Positions 53,896 to 64,000 of a stretch of DNA of 64,000 nt are shown one piece after another; within the stretch, counting starts at the first letter, position 1; every line of letters begins with the position of its first letter. The DNA lies in contig OZ024743.1 in NCBI GenBank assembly GCA_964016885.1, forward strand, positions 20,336,001 to 20,400,000. Direction: 5' to 3'. The translations under genes were made by a program, and so were the position numbers. The stretch is from Eledone cirrhosa. Taxonomy: Eukaryota. A model generated the notes under the pieces. It made no database searches. It saw only the letters and a program-made list of their open reading frames with translations, and was not told where the DNA came from.

Positions 53896-55600
53896 AAGGT
53901 CGTATTTGAAAATAATAATGGATAGAATCTTAACAAACAAAATTTTCAAAGCATTTGTCAGCGTTTGTGTTACTTCTATAACAGCTGTTATGGCTGATTC
54001 CCTCTCCTCATCTCTTTACAAACGTCAAATTTGTGGAGATTTTAAATGTAAAATATTTATCCGTTGGCTGCAAATGATGGGAGGAAAATATTGTGCCTCC
54101 TCTAATTAGAGGAAACACTGACAGTTTGAAGCACTCTTTTTCCTGAGAATGTCTTAAATCATTATGATAATAAAAAAAATTCAACTTTCATTAGAAAAAT
54201 TTTATAAAAACTCAACGAGTGCCATTGTTTGTGATTAGAGGAACTTGAATATAAAAATAATAATAATGACTTTTTATTGCTGCCACAAGAGCAACAAATA
54301 ATGGACATTCAAAATACAAATTACCAAATTTGTGATTTTACATTGCAGAAATCTCATCTATATTTGAGGATCATGTGTTGGACATAGCAGGATCAAAAAT
54401 AGGAATTGAACAGAGTGTGGAAAAGCATCTCACAAGGAAGTCAAAGGCCAGCCATATCTAGTGAGAAGTCAGATGCCACCACATTGTTTGCTTATTGAAG
54501 CATCATGATGACTAAGTAAAATGAAAGTGGTATATTGAATTGGTTTGGGTCCATTGCTTGACACCCAATAAAGATGGAGGAGGGTGTATCTTTTGTTTAC
54601 GACTTACAGTTTCCCTAGGCTATGTATTTTGATTGATTGGTTGTTAAAAACATATACATTGTGTATGTTCCAACAGTGAGACAACCACCTCAGGCTCATC
54701 AGGGAAATACAAAGATCCTGGATTATTTTATCAAAGTCAATTTATGGACTTCATTGACTGCTTTGGTTCCATGCTACATATACTAACAGATCTTCAACAC
54801 AAATCTACAAGTCAGCAATGTTTGTATACTGTATGTGCATGCGAAAAGCTTTGTCACTCCATGCATCTTGAATAAGTTCACCTGAAGGCACTTGTAATGT
54901 TTATCTGAATAAGCTATACTTCCCATTAACACTGCCATGGACGTTTAGAAGTTGTCCATAATTTCTGACCTGAAAATTTGTGCCATATATCCACCATTAC
55001 CATTCATGCTCATTACTAAATGTGTCTATAATTGCTTAGTGATAATGATTTCTAACATACACAATTTTATCAATTCCTGAAGCATGAAAGATAGTCAACT
55101 GATTGCAATTTGAAATTTGAACATAAATCAACTTAACTAAATATGATACATGATGTTTTACCCATGACCATACTAATTCTGCCAATACATATATATATAT
55201 ATATTCATCAAATAATTATGATATTGTATTTAATCTTTAATAAAATTGAATTTTGAAAATCCATAAAGGTTCTATGACTTATTCAATAGAACCAATTTTA
55301 TTGTTTTTACTAGCAGAATGGCCCAGTGTTGCCCGGGCTTCTAAACATAGATTGGCATGTTTATCCTTCCTTTCTGAAACAGTACAGAGAAGTACGGAAT
55401 ACCTCGGCCTGGGGATGGTGTCTACATTTTGTGCTTAGGCAAATAATTTTCCATTAAGATTTTTCAAAAGCATATAATTGTGTTCCCTCTCTTTTTTGTT
55501 GTTGTTTTTGCTGCTGTTGGTGTGATAGCAGCCGTTGGTCATACTACTAACACAGTCTCGTCCTTCTTCAGCCAATCGTGTATATCCCCTTCTGCCTCGT

Positions 55601-55800
55601 CTAACTAAACGATGATTGTAGCACCTCCTTGTACACAATGTTCCTTGTTCTTCCGTGTCGGGCATATGCAAAGAGATTTGTCTTGCTTCCAACTCTTGAG
55701 CAGCCAACGTATAGTTGCCCGTGTGAAAAACATGACTCTTCCAAAAGAAGACCAGCAACAGCTAGGGTCTGACCCTGGGATTTATTGATAGACATTGCAA
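55601..55800 (-). pseudogene. Helitron RepHel fragment: Pif1/SF1B helicase C-terminus
   Basis: AMSINKSQGQTL..AGL.L...CFSHGQLYVGCSRV...TRNIVYKEVL. Confidence 0.9.
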
Positions 55801-55986
55801 AGCTGACACGGTTCGGCGAATGGTTCGTTGGTTGTCTGTTTCAAGTGCTCTTCTGGTGGCAGTATGTTCAGCATCTTGCGACTGTTGAATAGCAGATTCC
55901 ATTGACGATTCGTTTGCCTGCCTTGTTCTTTTTCTTGCCGCTTTTGCTGTATTTCGGCCAATGGAGTATCTCTTCTTTCGAGGCAT
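55801..55986 (-). pseudogene. Helitron RepHel N-terminal fragment
   Basis: MPRKKRYSIGRNTAKAARKRTRQANES...RRALETDNQR: basic start and RAxETxxQR-type segment typical of animal Helitron N-termini. Confidence 0.65.
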
Positions 55987-56244
55987 GACCTAAAAGCAGG
56001 ACGAAGTACACTAAGACTAACTGGTAGAGTACGCAGTAAACTCGTCAGTGATGCATGTGATTTCCAAACCGTTGACTATGTAATTGCTGGCCTTGTGCCA
56101 AAAGTAGTGTGACTTTTTGGGTGGCATATCGGCAGTAACAATGACGATAAGCCGTTTGTGCTTTCGTGAAATAAATACGTTTGTTTATATTTTGTTTTTG
56201 TGTATGCAAAAATATCTGTACACGAGTATATAATTATATATATA

Positions 56245-56313
56245 TCATCATCATCATCATCATTTCATTTTACGTCTGCTTTTCCCTGCTTGCAAGGGTG
56301 GGACGGGAACTGA
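56245..56313 (-). mobile_element. 3' tail of the CORE/RTE SINE inserted in (TA)n inside the Helitron
   Basis: catttcattttacgtctgcttttccctgcttgcaagggtgggacgggaactgat matches 61701-61756; TA runs on both sides. Confidence 0.85.
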
Positions 56314-56826
56314 TATATATATATATTTTAAAATAACAGATTAAAGTTTAAGCAAAGAATCACTGCTTTCACCCTTAACAGGATCTTCTGAAACTGAAAA
56401 AATCAATCTGTGAACGCAGGAGTAAATATTTCGAAAAACGTTGCAACCGAAGGAAAACAGGCAGGTTCGTGAAGACGTTCCCTGGCAATGAATGGAAAAT
56501 AGCAAACATAATACGTCAAGCAATGAGAACAATTTTTTTTATAATGTCGTAATGCAGACATACAGACAGATATTATAAGGGCGCGACGTTATAGCTATGT
56601 ATCTATCTAAAAAGACAGACTAAGAAAGAGAGAGATATCGATAACCGGCGCCTAACACCCCTTTAACAACAGAAAACGGAAAAATAAAAGTTGCAGTTAT
56701 ATCTTTAGACCGCAAGGAATATATAAATGCCAGTTTGAAGTCAATCGGAGTAGAAATGTGGATTTGTATAGACTTTGCAAAAATTAGGACACTCACACAC
56801 AGACAATTTCAGTTTTATATATATGT

Positions 56827-56992
56827 ATCATCATCATCATCATCGTTTAACGTCCATATTCCACGCTTGCATGGGTTTGGACAGGAGTTTTCTCACTTGA
56901 GGCAAGAGTGGTTGTCTTGCTCGCATAGGACTGTCTGGCTGGTTTTCTTCGGCTGGATGCCCTTCCTAACACCAACTACATTACAGTGTGGA
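56827..56992 (-). mobile_element. RTE family A 3' tail
   Basis: Near-identical to 24546-24708. Confidence 0.92.
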
Positions 56993-57117
56993 TAATCCAA
57001 TGATGTTGTTGGTACTATAATGTTGTAGTGTTGTTGTTGTTCAGTGGAATTTTTTCAAATATATTCAGACCAGATATGTGAACTAAATTATTTTTAGGAT
57101 AGTCTCAATATAATACT

Positions 57118-57151
<34 letters not shown>

Positions 57152-57152
<1 letters not shown>

Positions 57153-57470
57153 CACTACCTGCTTACGGACAACTGACACTGCACACCAGGTCTGAACACA
57201 GAAGAGCAACACTCCCACTGTCATCACCTCCATCTCTCTTTATTATCAGCAAATGGGGTCCCACGTGCTCGCCTCCCCACAGCCTCGGCGGACAGAGTGG
57301 AGAAGGCGTTTTCCCGGACGATGGTAAGGGAGATGCGCTGAAAGAGCCATTCCATCTTGCGAGGCTCACGCCTATGGTGGTAAGTAGGGAGGTAGCCCTA
57401 GGGCCAAGGACACCAGAAGTCTCCACTGATAGGGGCTCAATTGCAAACCTGTTGGAGAGCAACCGATAAT
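57152..57470 (-). mobile_element. CRE-like non-LTR retrotransposon 3' fragment ending in (TA)n
   Basis: YRLLSNRFAIEPLSVETSGVLGPRATSLLTTIG / REPRKMEWLFQRISLTIVRENAFSTL. Confidence 0.75.
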
Positions 57471-60400
57471 CAAATAATTATAGTGATGTTTTCAAATACA
57501 TCTTTTTAAAATTACTTTTGTTAATTGCTTGCATATTGCATATCTGGTAAGGCTATAACTAGTACACAAAGATTGAAGCATTGAGTCTGAAATCCTGTTT
57601 CATAATCTAATCTTATTTTAATTTTATGGGTTCCTTAAGAACAGATCTATTATATTTGAAAGTTTTGAAACAATAATGTAAATTGTAATATTTGATATCT
57701 AATAATTTCTAAATCAGTGAAATTAAAAATTACGAAGTAGTTAGCCTACACAATGTTTTTACAATTACATTCATTATTATAAATTAAATTCTTTTCTTAG
57801 TAATGTAGGTTTTATTATCACAAAAACTATCTACAATATGCAAAATGTAAGTTTAAATAAAGGTTCATTTCTAATTTTGACTCCTAGTTTCTTTAGTTTT
57901 ATGCACATGAATGTAACTCAATTTTTACAATAATAGTTAAACAGTTTATTTACTTAAGTACATGTACATAAATAATTATATATTTCATATGAATTATAAA
58001 TCTTATTTGTTATATTTAAGAGCCTGAAGAGATAAACTGCATCATATTGTGTGATTTAATCACTGAAATAAAATAAAATTCTGCAAATATTACATTTTTT
58101 TATAAATTCTTCTTTCATTAATATAGATACATGTTTGGATTTATAATTTCGTTTCTCAGAGCATAAGCTTACTATGCTGTAAGGGTCTTTTTAATGTGTA
58201 GAAAATTTCCCACATATAGGTTTCTGTCATTTGTATTTACATCATGGTAACATGAACCTGATTCAACTCTCATTTGTCTAAAGCATTTAGGAGTTCAATT
58301 ATGGTGAAATTGTAAGGTTATCAATGACTGCTAAAGGTTGTGGTCAATTTGATTGATTCAGTTGCATATCTATGGTGTAGCAGTAATTTGAAAAGAATTT
58401 TTGTTCTCATTGTGTTTTATTTTGAGCTGTTGTGTTTTATTGCTCATAACACATTCTAGTTTCAAATTTGTAAAATATTAAGATTCTTTAGTAAAATTTA
58501 CAGTAGCAGCAAAATTTAGGGGTAATATGCATTGCCCTCTTGCATTAACTATTAGATTTTTTATTACATCTGGGGCTTCAACCTGACTTACAATTAAATA
58601 CTATACCTTTATTTCTGCTTAGTTTGCTTTATTAGAAGTTTCCTTCCATCTGTATAAACATGCAAATAAATACACTTTCTCATTACTATACTCAAAATGG
58701 ATATAAAGACTATATTAAAATATGATCAACGTTTTTCTCAATTTTTAGTTAGCCCATGTTTTCTGTCTATAACCTATGTGTGATTTAAGGGAAGCTTGTA
58801 AGGAAACATTATGCCTACTATTTACTGATAAAATTAAGTCTCTGAAGGATTTGCAGAATATTGCTAAATTTTATACCAAATGCCTAATGCGAGTGTGCTT
58901 CTAGATTTGCAGATTTCCTGATATTGAGAAAAAAAAGGTGACTGATAAGCTTAGCAGTCATAAAAGTGATATAGAAGGAAGTGTTTTAGATTTAGATATA
59001 TGGGAATGTATATCTGATGTTGAAGAGTAGATTGTAAAAGTTTTCACCAAATGCTTCTAACAGATTTGTTAGGATGGCTAAAAGAAGTCTAACAAAATAT
59101 TCTATGCTAGTGGAAATATGGTTAGCCTGAAAGCAGAAATTATGGATAATGTTGAAGGAAAATTTGCATATTTTTAGCAGCATATTTTAGTCTTCTTGCA
59201 TATAATTTAACTAAAAACAAAGAAAAAAAAGCTGAAATAAAAGGGGCATGCTTTGTACTTGAGAAGGTATTTTACCAGGACTGCCTAAATAACATCCTAA
59301 AAATGATGACTTCAATAGTTTAACTGTTTAATATATATTCAATGTGAAATGTATTTGTTGATGTAGCTTTCTAGATTAGAATAAATACATATATATTCAG
59401 AAAATGTAATCTGAAGGACAAATATGCTATTTTCAGAGAGGAAAACACAGCATATTTAGGTTGATAAGATTGCTGGTAGTAAATGATATAAGGTTTTTAC
59501 ACTTAAAGTGTTAAAGAGAGCAGTTGAGAATATAATATAAATTTGTGCAAATAATTCAATGAACAAGAAATCAGTAAGATAACTGCATAAGCAACACGGT
59601 CAAGCATCTCTATTTACATTAATTATGGTAACTACTGTGAAAATGTTCAGAGTGTTGTAAATGGCATACAATTCAATAGAAAATTGACTGTAAACTAACA
59701 TGTCCTTAAGCCTATTGTTTATTAAAATAACTTTAAATTAGTTGTTTCTGATTTTGTTTCCATAATGGCAGGAAAATATTGTGCTATTTGCTAAATTAGG
59801 ATTCAGATTTTTACCAAAGTATTTGTGAGTGTATATTTTAAAATTTAACATGCTAGAAATTTGTTAGATTTCACATGATTGTTAGAATTAACATAGATGG
59901 CATCTAGCATTTAGTATTCAGAAAAGTTATATTTATTTAATTTAAATACATGTGTGTAAAATCGTTTAATTCTTGAAAATTCATCTAATTGATGTTAATA
60001 CATTCTTTGCTAAATTATCTAAGTAATATTATTATTCTTAGTCCATAACATATTATTGGAACGTGGTTGGCATTTTTGTAAGAAAATGATGTGAAATGAT
60101 TTGGATCTAGCACCATCATCATTGTTTAACATATGTCTTTTCACTAGCCAGAGTTTAATTACTGACCAGTCAGTACTCAAGTGGTGCATCTGATTTCTAT
60201 GTGGGCCAAGGGCTCGACACGATCCCTCAATCTGAGTGCATTTTATTATGGCATTAACACTAGGGAAGTTGTATCTCTGGCTTAACTGAAGAGTCTTCTT
60301 GACTCTTTGTTTGGCAGGTTTTCTACAAGCTGGATGCCCTTTCCATCATCAACCATTTTACAAAGTGAACTGGGTTTGTTTATTGTGTAGATCACCAACA

Positions 60401-61698
60401 TTAGTATATTTCTAATATTTATGTTAGGCATTGTAGATAGACAGAAGGTTATGTTAACACCAGCAAGTAAATTTAAATAATAGTATAGTTCATTTTCTTC
60501 CAGACTGTTTTCATATTTATAAGAAATAAAGTTTTATTGATCACCTTAAAGTTATCACTTTTAAGCTTAGCAAGTGAAGAAATCAGAATTTGGAACTAAT
60601 CAAATCAACTTAAAATGAGAGTTTTCTAGTTCTATTTTTGAAAATGGCTATAGGATACATTTGCCAGATGCTTGTTGATTGTTGCCATACTTACAATACT
60701 GGACAAATGAATGTATCCTTACCCATAACAATTTCCATGTTTAACTCTAATCCTAATCCTGAGAATTGTTCTTTAAATCTCTAATATATTCAGATATAAA
60801 GTCATTATCTAAGCAGACTAACTGGATTTCTTATGCATTTAATTTTGTCATATTAATATCCAATAGTAAGTTTTAATATCAATAAGATGCTTGATTTCTT
60901 TGGCATTAGTAGTTTAAACTAGTGTTATGATCTGTAGATGTATGCCTTACACAAGTGTGATAGAATTTGTTCTATGCTACACAATAAGAGATAAGAACTC
61001 GAGTATGATATCTTTGTATGACTATCTCTAGAACTGTCAGTCAATGTTATAACATTTAGAGCTTCAGTGTAATAGCATCATTTTTAAAAATGATATAGGA
61101 GGCTTAGGTTTCCAGTAGTTTAATCAATGGAACAATCTATTCAATAATTATAGCTTCAATAATGATTCATTTTAGGAGAAAATGTTTGCTGCACATGACT
61201 AGTTTTGTTACATGAATGAAATCCTGCTACCAGGATTGGAAGAAAAGGAAGTTATATGTTAGTAGTATTTAATAAACTATGACATCTCTGAAAACAATAT
61301 ACAGATGGCAGTCACAGTAAATCTTGCACAGATGACTGCTTGCATGTGTGTGATGTAAAGTGGGCATCAGTAAATGAAAATAGGTCTTGGATTCCCCTCT
61401 TGTCAAAATTAGGTTAGTATAAGCTGAAATGAAACAAAAGTGTACAATTTACAGACCCGAATCTCTGCAGAACACTGTTTTAATATTCCTAGCCACTTGT
61501 TTTTAACTTTAAAAATTACAAACACAGAACAGTAGCTATATAAGTGAAATTGACTTTAGATTTGAAACTGAAAACATTCTAGCTAATTCAAAATATCGAC
61601 TGAATTATGTAGCAAAATTATTTCATATTCTATCTCCAGTTATTATGTTCTATTAATGTAAATAATTCTTTTAGCATATTTTTTTCAACATATAATAT

Positions 61699-62034
61699 TA
61701 TCATTTCATTTTACGTCCGCTTTTTCCCTGCTTGCAAGGGTGGGACGGGAACTGATTTTTGGCTTGATTTCTACAGCTGGATGCCCTTCCTAACACCAAC
61801 CTCATTTACAGTGAGTGCTGGGTGCTTTTTTGCCGTGGCACCTCCATGACCACTTTGCAGTGGAATGATAGGGACCCCAGTCCCTATCATCTCATTTCTA
61901 CAGCTGAGTAAACTGGAGCAATGTGAAATAAAGTGTCTTGCTCAAGGAAACAACACATCACTCGGTCTGAGAATTGAACTCACAACCTTTCGATTGCAAG
62001 GCCAATGCTCTAACCACTAAGCCATGTGCCTCCA
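61699..62034 (-). mobile_element. Full-length young tRNA-CORE-RTE SINE
   Basis: Reverse complement of 63566-63903 with about 10 differences by eye. Confidence 0.92.
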
Positions 62035-62068
62035 TTGCCATGTGCCTCCATTGCCATGTGCCTCCATT
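62021..62068. repeat. 16-bp triplication at the SINE 5' junction
   Basis: gccatgtgcctccatt x3. Confidence 0.95.
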
Positions 62069-62299
62069 ATATGTTTTCATATTTTGCTGGTATAGACATA
62101 GCCTTTTTTTTTTTTATAAAGTAAACATATTTTTAATACCATGATATTATTTTACTGATATTTTCTATTTCACATAATATTCCTCTGTTTGAAACATGTT
62201 CAGAATTAGAGTGATATGTAAATTGTCTTTGTTTTAGATATTTTTGGTCAATGTGCTGCCTGTCTGTCTGAAGTTTTGTCTATAAATATATATATAATT

Positions 62300-63548
62300 T
62301 CTTCTATGGCTGAACTAGAGAAGATATTCCAAATAAGAAAGCATGGCCTAGAATCCAAAGGCCTTAGTTAACTTGTCTAAAACTAAAGTTCTAGTATGTA
62401 GAAAGGAGAATAGGGCGCAGGTTGCCTCTGGGAAATAGCCATGCTCAGTGTGTAAGAAAGGAGTAGGTAGAAGTTCCATTCTATGTCCCAAATGCAAACT
62501 ATGGGTACATAAGTACCCATAGTTTGCATTGGGTAAGCTATCTAAGAATGTAGTTTTTATACGTGTCCGATGCTCAGGTGCAGTAAGTAGCGAGTGTCCA
62601 CTGGATACTAACTCCTTCAATTGCCCAGGTGGTTCTATAGAAATAGTAGACACTTTCTGTTACCTGGGTGACAAAATCAGCAGTGAGGAGGGTGTTCTGA
62701 AAGTACAGTAGCCAGAATTAAAACGGTATGGAAAAAGTTCAGAGAGCTAATACTCCTGTTGGCCACAAAGGGCTTTTCTCTAAAATGGAAGGCAGATTGT
62801 ATGATGCTTGTATATGAACTGCAATGTTACATGGTAGTGAGACCTGGGCATTGTGTGCTGAAGACTTACATAGATTAAAAAGAAACAAAGTTTTCATGCT
62901 CCGATGGATGTGTAATAGTAATGTACGCAAACAGCAAAGCATAAACGAATTGAGAGAGACTAAGCATAAGAGGTATCAAATGTGTGCAGGAGAGGAGATT
63001 GCATTAGTATGGGCATGTGATACGTATGAAGAACAACAGCTGTATAAGAAAGTCAGAACAATGAAAATTGATGGAAGCTACAGAGTGGGTAGACCAAGAA
63101 AAACCTGGAACGAAGTGATAAAAACTGAACTTGCTCACTTACACCTCTCTAAAACAATGTCACTGGATTGAGATCTTTGGCACTATGCAGTTGTACAGAA
63201 GACCTGCCTTCCCATACATACAAACTTAAACCTACAGTCAGTAGGCACCTCTTAACCCAATATACACCCCACCCACCTCCACACTGTAAAGTGGTCGTGT
63301 AGGTGATACGACAAAAAGCACCCAGTCTACACTGTAAAGTGGTTGTGTAGGAGACATTGCAATAAGGGTCTCAGTCCACACAGTAAATGTGGTTGGTGTT
63401 AGGAAGGGCACCTAGCTGTAGAAAACCTGCCAGAAACAGTTCTGTACGAGCGAGACACGGTCACTGGACCAATCTTGCCTCAAGTAGCACAAACCTGTCC
63501 AACCCATGCTAGCGTGGAAGATGGACGTTAAACGATCATGAGGATGAT
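62300..63548 (+). mobile_element. 5'-truncated, degenerate RTE LINE, family A
   Basis: GLESKGLLVNLSKTKV, PCSVCKKGVG..SILCPKC..WVHK, FCYLGD, MLHGSETW, GRPRKTWNEVI; 3'UTR repeats; GAT tail. Confidence 0.93.
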
Positions 63549-63565
63549 ATTTAACAAAGACGATG

Positions 63566-63903
63566 TAGAGGCACATGGCTTAGTGGTTAGAGCATTGGCC
63601 TTGCAATCGAAAGGTTGTGAGTTCAATTCTCAGACCGGGTGATGAGTTGTTTCCTTGAGCAAGACACTTTATTTCACATTGCTCCAGTTTACTCAGCTGT
63701 AGAAATGAGATGATAGGGACTGGGGTCCCTATCATTCCACTGCAAAGTGGTCGTGGAGGTGCCACGGCAAAAAAGCACCCAGCACTCACTGTAAATGAGG
63801 TTGGTGTTAGGGAGGGCATCCAGCTGTAGAAATCAAGCCAGGATCAGTTCCCGTCCCACCCTTGCAAGCAGGGAAAAGTGGATATAAAATGATGATGATG
63901 ATG
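63566..63903 (+). mobile_element. Full-length young tRNA-CORE-RTE SINE
   Basis: A box tggcttagtgg, B box gagttcaattc, CORE-like tgtttccttgagcaagacacttt, internal hairpin, RTE-derived tail, (GAT)n. Confidence 0.92.
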
Positions 63904-64000
63904 TGGTAAGATACCAGATGGACCATAACGCACCAGGTACTCAAAACTTAAGGTAGTAGAGTGGGTAATATGAAAAGAGACGGCTGAACTCTAGCCGTTT

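Larger units (their letters stand above)
55310..56826 (-). mobile_element. Internally deleted, non-autonomous Helitron
   Basis: Minus strand: 3' hairpin gcccgggcaacactgggc, then CTAG|T at 55310; Pif1 helicase C-terminal motifs; RepHel-like N-terminus; 5' part begins tatatataaaactgaaattgtctgtgtg, with the exact TC start obscured by an RTE tail. Confidence 0.85.

Noticed and set aside
55601-55795. Host PIF1 helicase exon
   Set aside because: It lies between Helitron-type ends and next to a RepHel-like N-terminus, so it is transposon-derived.
63566-63640. tRNA gene candidates here and at other SINE heads
   Set aside because: A and B boxes are present, but there is no complete acceptor stem and the sequence continues into a SINE body.

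Overview
Eukaryotic, very AT-rich (roughly 30% GC by eye), microsatellite-rich non-coding DNA. I can support no intact protein-coding gene, rRNA, true tRNA or CRISPR array. The repeat content (tRNA-derived CORE-type SINEs, RTE LINEs with (GAT)n tails, long (TA)n/(TG)n tracts) resembles a coleoid cephalopod such as Octopus; this is inference. The window is probably a large intron or intergenic region. The recognisable ORF fragments are all transposon debris: two RTE-clade LINE families (A and B, about 10 5'-truncated copies, mostly on the minus strand, often in (TA)n, carrying a PHD-like Cys/His finger after the RT core), R4/Dong-like and CRE-like restriction-endonuclease retrotransposon remnants, and an internally deleted Helitron with a hairpin-CTAG 3' end. 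There are also at least three SINE families and TTAA-flanked MITEs. The most unusual stretch is 32.6-34.1 kb: a perfect 100-bp palindrome, an RTE insertion, a 50-bp junction tandem repeat, a 47-bp inverted repeat and a ~50-bp copy of upstream DNA. Other points of interest are a near-identical inverted SINE pair bracketing an RTE copy, a wobble-rich 45-bp hairpin, a SINE with a chimeric two-family RTE tail, and a SINE whose 13-18-bp TSDs begin ATTATT. Boundaries of degenerate elements are approximate.
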